From contig JADHVR010000001.1 of assembly GCA_016783885.1 (NCBI GenBank), positions 54,284 through 118,283 on the forward strand: a stretch of 64,000 bases of DNA, in the 5' to 3' direction. The notes beneath the pieces are model-generated. The model saw only the letters and a list, made by a program, of their open reading frames with translations. It did no database searches and was not told the origin of the DNA. Positions 18,040-28,502 of the stretch are shown one piece after another. The DNA is from Bacteroidales bacterium (GTDB taxonomy: Bacteria; Bacteroidota; Bacteroidia; Bacteroidales; JAADJA01). Position 1 is the first letter of the stretch; every line of letters starts with the position of its first letter. The translations under genes and the position numbers were made by a program.

Positions 18040-19098
18040 ATGAGAAGATTTTTATTTTTAATTATTGCATTATCCATTGTGGTTAATCTAATTGCTCAAA
18101 TGACAGTTGATTTACCAAAAGTTGTATTTGTGGATTATCAACCTGAGAATCGAGAATGGTTTGTCAGATACGGACAATTCCAGATTAATTTTGAATATGA
18201 AGAGAATCCGTCTAATGGATTAGTTTTCGTTAAAAATGCAAATAAGCAAATTGAAAGAATATCAAAATGCTTGGAAATAGCAAAGAAAAATGAAATTGAT
18301 GTTATTGTTTTTCCCGAAGTTACTATGTCTTTACCTGAAGATATATGGGTTAAAACTGTTAAAATGCTTGAAAAATACTCTAAAGAGAATGATGCAATAA
18401 TAATAGCCGGAACCTTCTATGACAGTAAAAGAACCTGTAAGAATTTAATAGTTTTGCCAACAGGTATTTACTACACTTATAAAATAAGACCTTCTATTTT
18501 TGAAGCCTCACCTGTTAGGGGAGAAGGAATGTTATTAAATGACACATTACATGTTTTCAGAACAAAATATGGAAACTTTTTGACTCTTGTCTGTGTTGAT
18601 TTAATATCTGACGATGCTAATTATATTGCAAGAAACTTAAGCAATAAAGGTTTAATAGATATGTTAATAAACATTAACTTTAATCCTAAATCCCAGGAAT
18701 TTATGAGAGAGGCCTCTTCAATGGTAGTCAGACATCCTTTATTTGTGAGCTTAACTAATGTTTCTTTGTTTAAATCAGGTTGCACTATCGATGGCAATGA
18801 ATATGGCAATACATCTGTTTTTGGTTCAATTACTTCATTTGACAATAACTCTTTCAAAAGTAAATTATTAACAAATATTCCTGATTGCTATAAGACACAA
18901 GATAAAAAACAGTTACAACCGGCATATAAATCTTTATTAGGGATAATCAGCCCTGAAATTGAGGGAGTCCTTATTTATGATTTAAACTTAAGAGTAATTA
19001 GAACACCTCAGGTAAATAATGCACCTGATCAAGGTTATCCTACTATAAAAAATATTGAAGTAATTGAAATTAGCAACAAAAAAACTGAGAATGAATAA
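18040..19098 (+). CDS. Exported/anchored carbon-nitrogen hydrolase (nitrilase superfamily) protein
   Basis: The ATG at 18040 (MRRFLFLIIALSIVVNLIAQ) is preferred over the GTG at 17989. E-K-C triad candidates: VIVFPEVTM, YTYKIRPS, LTLVCVDL. Confidence 0.6.
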   Translation: MRRFLFLIIALSIVVNLIAQMTVDLPKVVFVDYQPENREWFVRYGQFQINFEYEENPSNGLVFVKNANKQIERISKCLEIAKKNEIDVIVFPEVTMSLPEDIWVKTVKMLEKYSKENDAIIIAGTFYDSKRTCKNLIVLPTGIYYTYKIRPSIFEASPVRGEGMLLNDTLHVFRTKYGNFLTLVCVDLISDDANYIARNLSNKGLIDMLININFNPKSQEFMREASSMVVRHPLFVSLTNVSLFKSGCTIDGNEYGNTSVFGSITSFDNNSFKSKLLTNIPDCYKTQDKKQLQPAYKSLLGIISPEIEGVLIYDLNLRVIRTPQVNNAPDQGYPTIKNIEVIEISNKKTENE

Positions 19099-19137
19099 CT
19101 TATCACAAAAAAAATCAGATAGCTTCTTTTACTAAAC

Positions 19138-19166
19138 AAAAAAGGCTGCCCTTATTCAGAACAGCC
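19138..19166 (-). terminator. Weak terminator downstream of tsf
   Basis: Minus strand reads GGCTG-N13-CAGCC followed by TTTTTTG. Confidence 0.35.
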
Positions 19167-19235
19167 AATAATTTGCGTTTGTCTTTAAAATCGTATATCG
19201 TTTTCTCTACTTAGGCAAGATTAGGAGGAGTTCAA

Positions 19236-20066
19236 TTACGCTCCAAGCATCAATCTTTTAAAACCGGTAACCTTCAGCTCAGGATCGGTTTCTTTAAGGT
19301 ATTGAGCTACAGTTTTCTTAGTATCTCTGACAAAATCCTGGTTAAGCAGAGTACTTTCTTTAAAGAATTTGTTTAGTTTACCCATTGCAATTTTTTCAAG
19401 GATTTTTTCGGGTTTACCTTCCTGGCGTGCCTGTTCTTTTCCAATCTCTATTTCTTTGTCAATAACCTCCTGTGGAACATCATCTTTGTCAACTGCAACA
19501 GGATTCATAGCTGCAACCTGCATTGCCAGTTCGCGACCAACATCTTGCAAACCATTATTCTTATTCAAACCAAGAATTGTTGCCAGCCTGTTACCCTGAT
19601 GATTATAAGCAGTAACATTTGCAGCTTCAATGAACTCGTAATATGCCAGATCCATTTTTTCTCCGGTTTTACCTACCAGTTCAGTAACACCTTCAGCAAT
19701 TGACCGACCGTCTAATTCCAATGCTTTGATTTCATCAAGACTCTTTGGCTTTTGTATAAGTGCCAGGTCAATAACCTTATTAGCGAATTCAACAAATTCT
19801 TTATTTTTAGCAACAAAGTCGGTTTCGCAACTGAGCATGATCACTGCTGCAAATTTTTTATCATTGGTGGTCTTTGCCAATACAATTCCTTCATTTGTTT
19901 CTTTATCTGCCCTTTTGCTTGCAACTTTCTGTCCTTTCTTGCGAAGTATATCTATCGCCTTTTCAAAATCTCCTTCGGATTCAACCAGTGCTTTTTTACA
20001 GTCCATCATACCTGCGCCGGTCATTTTCCTGAGTTTATTTACTTCTGTTGCTGTTATATTTGCCAT
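19236..20066 (-). CDS. tsf: Elongation factor Ts
   Basis: 276 aa. MANITATEVNKLRKMTGAGMMDCKKALVESEGDFEKAIDILRKKG. Confidence 0.97.
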   Translation of the reverse strand: MANITATEVNKLRKMTGAGMMDCKKALVESEGDFEKAIDILRKKGQKVASKRADKETNEGIVLAKTTNDKKFAAVIMLSCETDFVAKNKEFVEFANKVIDLALIQKPKSLDEIKALELDGRSIAEGVTELVGKTGEKMDLAYYEFIEAANVTAYNHQGNRLATILGLNKNNGLQDVGRELAMQVAAMNPVAVDKDDVPQEVIDKEIEIGKEQARQEGKPEKILEKIAMGKLNKFFKESTLLNQDFVRDTKKTVAQYLKETDPELKVTGFKRLMLGA

Positions 20067-20113
20067 CTTGTTAAATTGTTGAATTATTGAATTAATGATT
20101 TATTGAATGATTA

Positions 20114-21043
20114 TTACTTTTCAATTTTTTTAACTGATTTTGAAATCCTTCTCCTTGGTCTTTTAGCAGGTTTTTTTTCTTTGTCTTCTTCCTTAATATC
20201 CTTTATTTTAGCTATTTTTGGCTCGTCTGATTTTTGCGATTTCTCCAACTCATTTTCCAGGTCAGCCTCAATTAATTCAATGGTTTCTGATTTTGCAACT
20301 TTTATCAGTTCTTCTTTTTCCTTTTTTTCCTCTTGAACTTTTTTATCCCTGTCAAGCTTTCTTTCTATCAGTCCTTCTTCAACTGCTTTCACCATTATTT
20401 TAACGATCAGGTCAATCGATTTGGATGCATCATCATTTGCAGGAATTGGAAAATCAACCTTTGTTGGGTCTGAATTAGTATCAACTATTGCAAAAGTCGG
20501 GATATTTAATTTTTTGGCTTCAGCCACAGCAATGTGTTCCTTGTTAATATCAACAACAAATATTGCAGATGGCAACCTGTTCAAATCGGCAATACTACCT
20601 AATTGTTTTTCAAGCTTAGCTCTTTCACGTTGTATTTGCAGGCGTTCTCTTTTCGATAAATTCTGGTAAGTATTGGTTGTCATCATTTTATCAATAGAGG
20701 CCATTTTCCGTACTGCCTTACGGATTGTGGCAAAGTTGGTGAGCATTCCACCGGGCCAGCGTTCTGTAACATAAGGCATGTTAATCCTTTTAACGTGACG
20801 GGCAACAATATCTTTTGCCTGTTTCTTAGTTGCAACAAATAAAATCTTTTTTCCTGATTTTGCTATTTGTTTTACTGCAGAAGCAGCTTCTTCGAGTTTA
20901 GCTGCTGTTTTGTAAAGGTCGATAATGTGGATACCATTACGCTCCATAAAAATGTAAGGAGCCATGTTGGGATTCCATTTTCTTTTTAAGTGTCCGAAGT
21001 GTACACCTGCTTCTAATAATTCATTGAAATTTGTTCTTGCCAT
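20114..21043 (-). CDS. rpsB: 30S ribosomal protein S2 with a long Lys/Glu-rich C-terminal tail
   Basis: 309 aa. LLEAGVHFGHLKRKWNPNMAPYIF... The last ~85 aa are KE-rich low complexity. Confidence 0.97.
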   Translation of the reverse strand: MARTNFNELLEAGVHFGHLKRKWNPNMAPYIFMERNGIHIIDLYKTAAKLEEAASAVKQIAKSGKKILFVATKKQAKDIVARHVKRINMPYVTERWPGGMLTNFATIRKAVRKMASIDKMMTTNTYQNLSKRERLQIQRERAKLEKQLGSIADLNRLPSAIFVVDINKEHIAVAEAKKLNIPTFAIVDTNSDPTKVDFPIPANDDASKSIDLIVKIMVKAVEEGLIERKLDRDKKVQEEKKEKEELIKVAKSETIELIEADLENELEKSQKSDEPKIAKIKDIKEEDKEKKPAKRPRRRISKSVKKIEK

Positions 21044-21228
21044 TTTGTTTATGTTTACATTCTGTTAATAAAAACAATTACCAAGTAGCACTTTTGATTG
21101 ACTATTGACAATTTTTATAATTTTTGATTTCTGGTTTGTGTTATTTTTAAAACAATAATCAATAGAAGATAAAATAGTCAATTTTCAGGGGTCTTGATAA
21201 TTTAGATACTAAACATTTATTATTACTA

Positions 21229-21615
21229 TTAACGTTTGCTGAATTGGAATTTTTTACGTGCTTTCTTTTGACCGTATTTTTTACGCTCTACCATTCGCGG
21301 ATCTCTTCGCAACAATCCTTTGGCTTTTAATGCCGGTCTATATTCAGGATCAACCTTAACCAATGCCCTGGAAATTGCCAGCCGTAAAGCTTCTGCCTGA
21401 CCTTTAAATCCACCGCCATCAAGATTTACTTTAATGTCGAATTTACCTACGTTTTCGGTAATTTCCATTGGTTGATTTACAACGTATTGTAATGTTGCTA
21501 AAGGGAAATATTCTTTATAATCTTTTTTGTTTACGACTATATTACCGCTTCCCTCTTTCATATATATCCGGGCGATTGCGGTTTTTCTTCTTCCAATAGT
21601 GTTGATTACGTCCAT
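21229..21615 (-). CDS. rpsI: 30S ribosomal protein S9
   Basis: 128 aa, ending ...RKKYGQKKARKKFQFSKR. Confidence 0.97.
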   Translation of the reverse strand: MDVINTIGRRKTAIARIYMKEGSGNIVVNKKDYKEYFPLATLQYVVNQPMEITENVGKFDIKVNLDGGGFKGQAEALRLAISRALVKVDPEYRPALKAKGLLRRDPRMVERKKYGQKKARKKFQFSKR

Positions 21616-21620
21616 ATTTA

Positions 21621-22076
21621 TTATTTAATTGTATTCAGTTCAATTGATTTAGGTTTCTGAGCGGTGTGGGGATGTCCGTCGCCTGTATAAACAAATAAAT
21701 TCCTGAACAAAGCACTGCCTAACCTGTTCTTAGGCAACATGCCTTTAATAGCATGTTCAACTATTGCAGCAGGCTTTTTTGCTAGCATTTCCTCTGGTGT
21801 TCTGAACCTTTGCCCGCCCGGATATCCTGTATGACGGACATATTGTTTTTCTGTCCATTTGTTACCTGTAAGCTGAATTTTTTCTGCATTAATGATAATG
21901 ACATTATCACCGCAATCAACATGGGGCGTAAAATTGGGTTTATACTTCCCTCTTAAAAATTTTGCGCTAATAGATGCAAGTCTTCCCAGTATCTGATTTT
22001 CAGCATCAATTACAACCCATTTTTTATTTACTGTTTCTTTATTTGCGCTAACTGTTTTGTAGCTTAAAGTATCCAT
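21621..22076 (-). CDS. rplM: 50S ribosomal protein L13
   Basis: 151 aa. KKWVVIDAENQILGRLAS... Confidence 0.97.
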   Translation of the reverse strand: MDTLSYKTVSANKETVNKKWVVIDAENQILGRLASISAKFLRGKYKPNFTPHVDCGDNVIIINAEKIQLTGNKWTEKQYVRHTGYPGGQRFRTPEEMLAKKPAAIVEHAIKGMLPKNRLGSALFRNLFVYTGDGHPHTAQKPKSIELNTIK

Positions 22077-22224
22077 CTGTCTCTTAATTACTTGTTTACA
22101 AGATTTTCTATTGAAAATCGGGCTGCAAAAGTAGAATTATTTTTTTATATAACAAATTTTGTCAATAAGATTTGTGGATATTTTTTGATTAGACATTAAA
22201 CAATTCATTTCTGAGGTGTGTGAT

Positions 22225-23424
22225 TTAGCTGACATTCAACAATTCCCGGTAAGTAATCCACGCCATCAGTCCCATGCCTGTTTCAAGGCTGCTTTCATCC
22301 ACATCGAATGTTGCCGTATGAAGATTGGAATTAATACCTTTTTTAATATTGCGTATGCCAAGTCGGTAAAAGCACCCCGGAATATGTTGTGTATAATATG
22401 CAAAGTCCTCTGCCGTTGTTCGCATTTCGAGATTGTGAACATTTTCGTTACCCAAAAACTCTTTTGCAGAATTCCGCGTATTTTCAGTTACTTTTTTATC
22501 ATTCACCAAATATGGGTAGCCCTGATCGATAAAGACCTCGCATTTGCCACCCATGCTTTCTGCGATTGTCTGAGCCATTTTTGTTATCCTTTTTTTCATT
22601 TCGGTACGCCACTCTTCATCGAAGGTTCGCATAATGCCTTCTATCTTTACTTCATTGGGGATAACATTTGTCCTTCCATCTCCTATGATCCTTCCGAATG
22701 TAATTACAGTAGGCATAACCGGTTTTGCATTACGGCTGACTATCTGCTGCAGGGCAACAATTATATGTGAAGCAATTAGCACAGGGTCGATGTTCCTGTC
22801 AGGAATGGCTCCATGCCCTCCCTTTCCTTTAACGGTTAAAAATATCTCGTCGGTTGAAGCCATATATTTCCCGCTTTTCATGCCCACTTGTCCGGCATCT
22901 AATTCAGGATAGACATGCTGCCCTAATATCACATCAACCTTTGGGTTTTTTAGAACACCTTCCTCAATCATCACTTTAGCGCCTCCAGGATACTTTTCTT
23001 CAGAAGGCTGAAAAATTAGCTTTACAGTTCCGTTGAATTCATTTCTGATCTCCTGCAATATTTTGGCAGTACCTAATAACGATGCAATATGTACATCATG
23101 TCCGCAGGCGTGCATTTTGCCAGGATGTTTCGATTTATATTCCACATCATTCAGCTCTTTTATCTGTAAGGCGTCCATATCGGCTCTGAGTGCAACAACT
23201 TTACCCTGTGGGTTCTTACCTTTTATAAGCCCAACAACACCTGTTTTCGCAATACCTTTCTGAAATTCAATTCCGTACTTTTCGAGAAGAGAAGCTATTA
23301 AATCCGAAGTTTGATATTCTTCAAAGGATAATTCGGGGTTAGCGTGTATTTGTCGCCTGATTGAAATGATTTCAGGTAAATATTCTTCCGAAAGCCTTTT
23401 TATTTTTTTACTAATGCTATTCAT
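22225..23424 (-). CDS. M20D-family amidohydrolase (N-acyl-amino acid amidohydrolase-like)
   Basis: The ATG at 23424 (MNSISKKIKRL) is preferred over the TTG at 23448. Motifs IRRQIHANPELSFEE, ALRADMDAL and HACGHDVH. Confidence 0.85.
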   Translation of the reverse strand: MNSISKKIKRLSEEYLPEIISIRRQIHANPELSFEEYQTSDLIASLLEKYGIEFQKGIAKTGVVGLIKGKNPQGKVVALRADMDALQIKELNDVEYKSKHPGKMHACGHDVHIASLLGTAKILQEIRNEFNGTVKLIFQPSEEKYPGGAKVMIEEGVLKNPKVDVILGQHVYPELDAGQVGMKSGKYMASTDEIFLTVKGKGGHGAIPDRNIDPVLIASHIIVALQQIVSRNAKPVMPTVITFGRIIGDGRTNVIPNEVKIEGIMRTFDEEWRTEMKKRITKMAQTIAESMGGKCEVFIDQGYPYLVNDKKVTENTRNSAKEFLGNENVHNLEMRTTAEDFAYYTQHIPGCFYRLGIRNIKKGINSNLHTATFDVDESSLETGMGLMAWITYRELLNVS

Positions 23425-23577
23425 TTGTATTGAGTATGTGGCGAACAAAGATAAATCAAATAAAGAATGTAATTCAAAACGATTTCAAATAAGTTAATTT
23501 TTAATATATAAATAATTGTTTATTGCTTGGATTTTATATTTTTGCGTATTTATTATTAATATTTGATTTTTTAATAT

Positions 23578-24927
23578 ATGTCAAAAGTGATTAGAATCAG
23601 CAAGGGACTTGACATTAAGCTGCTGGGAGAAGCAGAAAAAAAAGTAACCCAGGTCTCTTCTGATAATTTCGCATTAAAGCCCCCCGATTTTGTTGATGTT
23701 TTTCCAAAATTGTTTTTAAAAGAAGGCGATGAAGTAAAAGCCGGCACACCTGTGTTTTTTAATAAATACAGAGATAACATTATTTTAACTTCACCTGTCA
23801 GCGGGAAAGTTACTGAAATCAGGCGAGGAGCAAAAAGAAAAATGCTGGAAATCCGCATTGAATCGGATGGCAAGATGAATTATGAGGATTTTGGAAAGGC
23901 TGATCCGGCTTCATTATCAAAAGAAAAGATCATAGAGAAGCTTTTAAAAAGTGGTATCTGGGCGCAAATCAGGCAAAGACCTTATTCAGTAATTGCCGAC
24001 CCAAAGGATGAACCAAAGGCTATTTTTATTTCAGCCTTTAACTCAGCTCCTTTAGCCCCTGATTACGATTTTATTTTGGATGAGGAAAGTCAGGCTTTTC
24101 AGGCAGGTTTGAATGCGCTTGGGAAATTAACTTCCGGTAAAATTCATTTGAATATCAATAACGGAAAACCCTGCTCCAAAACCTTCCTCGAAGCTAAAGG
24201 TGTGCAGATAAACCGGTTTAAGGGACCACATCCTGCCGGAAATATCGGAGTGCAAATTTATAATATCGACCCTATAAATAAAGGCGATATAGTATGGTAT
24301 ATCAGTCCGCAGGCAGTTGTTACGGTTGGTAAATTGTTCTTTGAAGGGAAATATAACGCAAGCAGGATTATTGCATTAACAGGTTCGGAAGTTATAAAGC
24401 CTCAATACTTCAAAGTTATTGCCGGTACATTGGTAACTGATCTTTTTAAAAATAATATAAATAGTGGAAATGTAAGATACATTAGCGGAAATGTACTTAC
24501 CGGAAGTAAAATCGAAAGGGACGGCTATCTTGGATTTTACAATGACCAGATAACAGTAATTCCCGAAGGTGATTATTATGAGTTTTTAGGTTGGTCAATG
24601 CCGCGTATTAACAAATTCAGTTTTTCCAGGACATTCGTTTCATGGCTCTTTCCTAATAAGAAATATCGTTTGGATACAAACCTAAACGGAGGGCAAAGGG
24701 CGTTTGTACTAACGGGTGAATACGAAAAAGTATTTCCTATGAATATTTACCCCATGCAATTACTTAAGGCAATAATAGTGAAAGACATTGACCTGATGGA
24801 AAATTTAGGGATTTACGAGGTTGACGAAGAAGATTTTGCCTTGTGCGAATTTATTGATGCTTCTAAAACCGAGATGCAGGCAATAGTCAGAGAAGGATTG
24901 GATTATATGAGGAAAGAAATGGAGTAG
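23578..24927 (+). CDS. nqrA: Na+-translocating NADH:quinone oxidoreductase subunit A
   Basis: 449 aa. First gene of a six-gene nqr operon. MSKVIRISKGLDIKLLGEAEK... Confidence 0.95.
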   Translation: MSKVIRISKGLDIKLLGEAEKKVTQVSSDNFALKPPDFVDVFPKLFLKEGDEVKAGTPVFFNKYRDNIILTSPVSGKVTEIRRGAKRKMLEIRIESDGKMNYEDFGKADPASLSKEKIIEKLLKSGIWAQIRQRPYSVIADPKDEPKAIFISAFNSAPLAPDYDFILDEESQAFQAGLNALGKLTSGKIHLNINNGKPCSKTFLEAKGVQINRFKGPHPAGNIGVQIYNIDPINKGDIVWYISPQAVVTVGKLFFEGKYNASRIIALTGSEVIKPQYFKVIAGTLVTDLFKNNINSGNVRYISGNVLTGSKIERDGYLGFYNDQITVIPEGDYYEFLGWSMPRINKFSFSRTFVSWLFPNKKYRLDTNLNGGQRAFVLTGEYEKVFPMNIYPMQLLKAIIVKDIDLMENLGIYEVDEEDFALCEFIDASKTEMQAIVREGLDYMRKEME

Positions 24928-25020
24928 AATGTTAGACGCACGGCTGTGCGTCTGTACTTGGATTTAAGATTTATGATTTAACAAAATAAAGATACGAATT
25001 CCGAACATCAAACAAAATAA

Positions 25021-26163
25021 ATGAAGGCGTTAAGAAAATATATTGACAAGATCAAACCTCAGTTTGAGAAAGGCGGAAAGTTTGAAAAGCTGCATTCTAC
25101 TTTTGAGGCATTTGAAAGTTTTTTGTTTGTGCCTGATAAGGTAACATTCAAAGGCAGTCATATCAGGGACGCACTTGACCTGAAACGTACTATGACGGTT
25201 GTGATCATTGCCGTAATCCCTGCTTTGCTTTTCGGCATGTGGAATGTAGGATTTCAGCATTTTATATCAATGGGTGAGACCGTTGGTTTCTGGGATCAGT
25301 TCTGGTACGGATTTTTAAAAGTATTACCTATTATCATTGTATCTTATGTCGTGGGGCTTGGAACTGAATTTGTTTTTGCACAAATCCGCGGGCACGAGGT
25401 TAACGAAGGTTACCTCGTAACTGGAATGTTGATACCATTGATAGTACCACCTGATATTCCTTTGTGGATGCTTGCCATTGCAGTGGTTTTTGCAGTGATC
25501 ATCGGGAAAGAAGTTTTCGGAGGAACAGGAATGAACATCCTGAACCCGGCATTAACGGCAAGGGCATTTTTATTCTTTGCCTATCCGCAGGATATGTCGG
25601 GCGATAAAGTCTGGATATCAGATAAAATAGATGCCTATTCCGGGGCAACGCCGCTCGGAGACGCACTTGTAGGTAACTTTGATAATTTCCCTTCGGCTGC
25701 AGATATGTTTTTCGGGTTTATTCCCGGTTCGGTTGGTGAAACCTCCTTCTTAGCCATACTGATTGGAGCGGTTATCCTTTTATTTACCGGTATTGCCAGT
25801 TGGAGAATTATGTTCCCGGTTTTTGCCGGAGGTTATATAATGGGGGTTATTTTCAATTTGGTTGGAGCCAATGCTTACATGGATATTCCCGCATACTACC
25901 ATCTGATAATGGGTGGCTTTGCCTTTGGTGCTGTATTTATGGCTACGGATCCTGTAACTGCTTCTCAAACAAATAAAGGTAAGTATATATACGGCTTCCT
26001 GATAGGAATATTGGCTGTATTGATACGCGTTGTTAACCCGGCGTATCCGGAAGGAATGATGCTGGCGATCCTCTTGATGAACGTTTTTGCTCCGCTTATC
26101 GATCATTATGTGATTGAAGCAAATATAAAAAGAAGATTAAAAAGGGTAAAAATCAAGGTATAA
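25021..26163 (+). CDS. nqrB: Na+-NQR subunit B
   Basis: 380 aa, polytopic. YSGATPL FMN-attachment-type motif. Confidence 0.95.
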   Translation: MKALRKYIDKIKPQFEKGGKFEKLHSTFEAFESFLFVPDKVTFKGSHIRDALDLKRTMTVVIIAVIPALLFGMWNVGFQHFISMGETVGFWDQFWYGFLKVLPIIIVSYVVGLGTEFVFAQIRGHEVNEGYLVTGMLIPLIVPPDIPLWMLAIAVVFAVIIGKEVFGGTGMNILNPALTARAFLFFAYPQDMSGDKVWISDKIDAYSGATPLGDALVGNFDNFPSAADMFFGFIPGSVGETSFLAILIGAVILLFTGIASWRIMFPVFAGGYIMGVIFNLVGANAYMDIPAYYHLIMGGFAFGAVFMATDPVTASQTNKGKYIYGFLIGILAVLIRVVNPAYPEGMMLAILLMNVFAPLIDHYVIEANIKRRLKRVKIKV

Positions 26164-26187
26164 TAGAAATCAGAAAAATTAAATAAG

Positions 26188-26952
26188 ATGTTTTCAAACA
26201 GATATATTTTCATTTATTCCTCGGTGATGGTTATCATCGTGGCTGCCATACTTTCTTCGGCAGCAATGTTTTTAAAGCCGTACCAGGAAAGAAATATCCG
26301 TACGGAGAAAATAATGGATATTCTAAAGTCGGTGAATATTGAAACAACAAAGAAAAACGCCGAAGAATTGTATGCCAGATACATTGTTGAAGAATATGCT
26401 TTGAGTTTGGATGGAGAGATAGTTAGCATATTCAGGGATAACAACTTTGAAAAAGGCAATATCCGTGCCTTCGACATTAATCTGAAGGCTGAACTGGGGA
26501 AAGAAGATCAGTTGAAAGCAGGTAAAGGCACAGATGAACCCTGTTTCCCTTTTTATGTTTGTAATAAAGACGGAAAAAATTATTACATAATTCCTTTAAG
26601 AGGTAAAGGATTGTGGGGGCCTGTATGGGGCAACATTGCATTGGAGGAGGATTTTAAAACCGTATATGGTGTTACTTTCGGGCATAAGGGTGAAACTCCG
26701 GGTCTTGGTGCCGAGATTGCTAATACGGATTTCCAGGAACAGTTTTTCGGAAAAACGATTTTTAATGATAATTTCGATTTTACATCCGTTAAAGTTGTAA
26801 AAGGCGGCGCTGCTATGCTTCCTCCGGCTGAACAGATACATGGTGTGGATGCTATTTCGGGAGGAACCATTACAAGTAATGCCGTTTCTGATATGTTGTT
26901 TGATTGTCTAAAAAATTACGTACCATATATCGAAGATCAGGTAAAAAAATAA
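26188..26952 (+). CDS. nqrC: Na+-NQR subunit C
   Basis: 254 aa. N-terminal TM and a DAISGGTITS flavinylation-type motif. Confidence 0.93.
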   Translation: MFSNRYIFIYSSVMVIIVAAILSSAAMFLKPYQERNIRTEKIMDILKSVNIETTKKNAEELYARYIVEEYALSLDGEIVSIFRDNNFEKGNIRAFDINLKAELGKEDQLKAGKGTDEPCFPFYVCNKDGKNYYIIPLRGKGLWGPVWGNIALEEDFKTVYGVTFGHKGETPGLGAEIANTDFQEQFFGKTIFNDNFDFTSVKVVKGGAAMLPPAEQIHGVDAISGGTITSNAVSDMLFDCLKNYVPYIEDQVKK

Positions 26953-27031
26953 TGGAATAATAAATAGTAAATAAAAATTTGAAATTAAGAATATCTAAAT
27001 CACAAACATAACGACTAAAACATAAACATAC

Positions 27032-27688
27032 ATGAGCGAAGAAGTTATACAAAAGGAACCCTTGTTTTCACCGAAAAACAAAAGACTTATATTTAATCCG
27101 TTAAGCAAGGAGAACCCGATCACTGTGCAGGTATTGGGTATTTGTTCGGCGCTGGCTGTTACGGCAAAGCTTGAACCTGCCGTAGTTATGTCAATTTCGG
27201 TATTGGCTGTATTGGCTATTGCTAATGTGCTGATATCTTTGCTAAGAAATACCATACCGCCCAGGATAAGGATCATCGTGCAATTAGTTGTAATTGCTTC
27301 TTTGGTTATCCTGGTTGACCAGGTATTGAAAGCCTTTGCTTATGATGTGAGCAAGCAGCTTTCGGTATTTGTCGGGTTGATTATCACTAACTGTATCATA
27401 ATGGGGCGACTGGAAGCCTTTGCTATGGGGAATAAGCCCTGGCCGGCATTTTTAGATGGAATCGGAAATGCTCTTGGCTATGCCTGGATTTTGATTGTTG
27501 TGGCGTTTTTCAGGGAGTTATTAGGATCAGGAACCATTTGGGGATACCCGATAATGGAAACTCTCGGATTATACAAATTGGGTTATGAAAACAATGGTTT
27601 TATGATATTGCCGCCAATGGCTTTGATTGTTGTAGGAATAATTATCTGGATACAAAGAGCGAGGGATAAGGAGTTGATTGAGGATTAG
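27032..27688 (+). CDS. nqrD: Na+-NQR subunit D
   Basis: 218 aa, polytopic. [17 protein letters not shown]. Confidence 0.95.
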   Translation: MSEEVIQKEPLFSPKNKRLIFNPLSKENPITVQVLGICSALAVTAKLEPAVVMSISVLAVLAIANVLISLLRNTIPPRIRIIVQLVVIASLVILVDQVLKAFAYDVSKQLSVFVGLIITNCIIMGRLEAFAMGNKPWPAFLDGIGNALGYAWILIVVAFFRELLGSGTIWGYPIMETLGLYKLGYENNGFMILPPMALIVVGIIIWIQRARDKELIED

Positions 27689-27812
27689 GAGCAAGATAAA
27701 AGTAAAAAGTAAAAGGTGAAGCGCAGCAAACCCGTATGGGTAAAAAGTTTAAGGTTGATGCAAAATGAAAATTGAAAGTATAAAATAATTTCATTAAATA
27801 AAATAACAAGTT

Positions 27813-28430
27813 ATGCAAGAACTTTTTAACATATTCGTAAAGTCCATCTTTATTGATAACATGGTATTTGCCTATTTTTTAGGCATGTGTTCATACCTTG
27901 CTGTTTCAAAAACAGTTAAAACCTCTTTCGGGCTTGGAATTGCAGTGATCTTTGTACTGGGTATTACCGTGCCTGTTGACTTTTTAATAAACAGGTATCT
28001 TTTAAGTCAGGGAGCTTTATCATGGCTGGGAGAGGGATTTGCCGAAGTTGATCTCAGCTTCCTGAGTTTTATTATGTTTATCGCTGTAATCGCTTCAATG
28101 GTTCAGTTAGTTGAAATGGTTGTTGAAAAGTTTGCCCCGGCATTGTATAATTCACTCGGTATCTTTCTGCCCTTAATAGCTGTGAACTGTGCAATATTAG
28201 GCGGATCACTTTTTATGCAGGAAAGAGAGTATGAATCAATTGCCGAAGCTACATCTTTCGGGCTTGGTTCAGGGGTTGGTTTTTTCCTTGCGATAATCGG
28301 AATTGCTGCTATTCGCGAAAAAATTAAATATTCAAATGTTCCTGCTCCGCTCAGAGGACTGGGAATAACATTTATAATTACCGGTTTGATGGGCATTGCG
28401 TTTATGAGTTTTATGGGAATCAAACTTTAG
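27813..28430 (+). CDS. nqrE: Na+-NQR subunit E
   Basis: 205 aa, polytopic. [12 protein letters not shown] and NCAILGG. Confidence 0.95.
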   Translation: MQELFNIFVKSIFIDNMVFAYFLGMCSYLAVSKTVKTSFGLGIAVIFVLGITVPVDFLINRYLLSQGALSWLGEGFAEVDLSFLSFIMFIAVIASMVQLVEMVVEKFAPALYNSLGIFLPLIAVNCAILGGSLFMQEREYESIAEATSFGLGSGVGFFLAIIGIAAIREKIKYSNVPAPLRGLGITFIITGLMGIAFMSFMGIKL

Positions 28431-28502
28431 TTTAAGGTTTTTAAAGTTCACCCCGTACGGGGCAAAGTTTTAAAATTCAAAATCTAAAATTTAAAATAAA
28501 AA

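Noticed and set aside
22216-22770. 184-aa plus-strand ORF overlapping the M20 amidohydrolase
   Set aside because: It lies antisense to a well-supported gene, has a Cys/Phe/Ile-rich translation with no domain features, and shares nearly the same span as the 3' end of the real gene.
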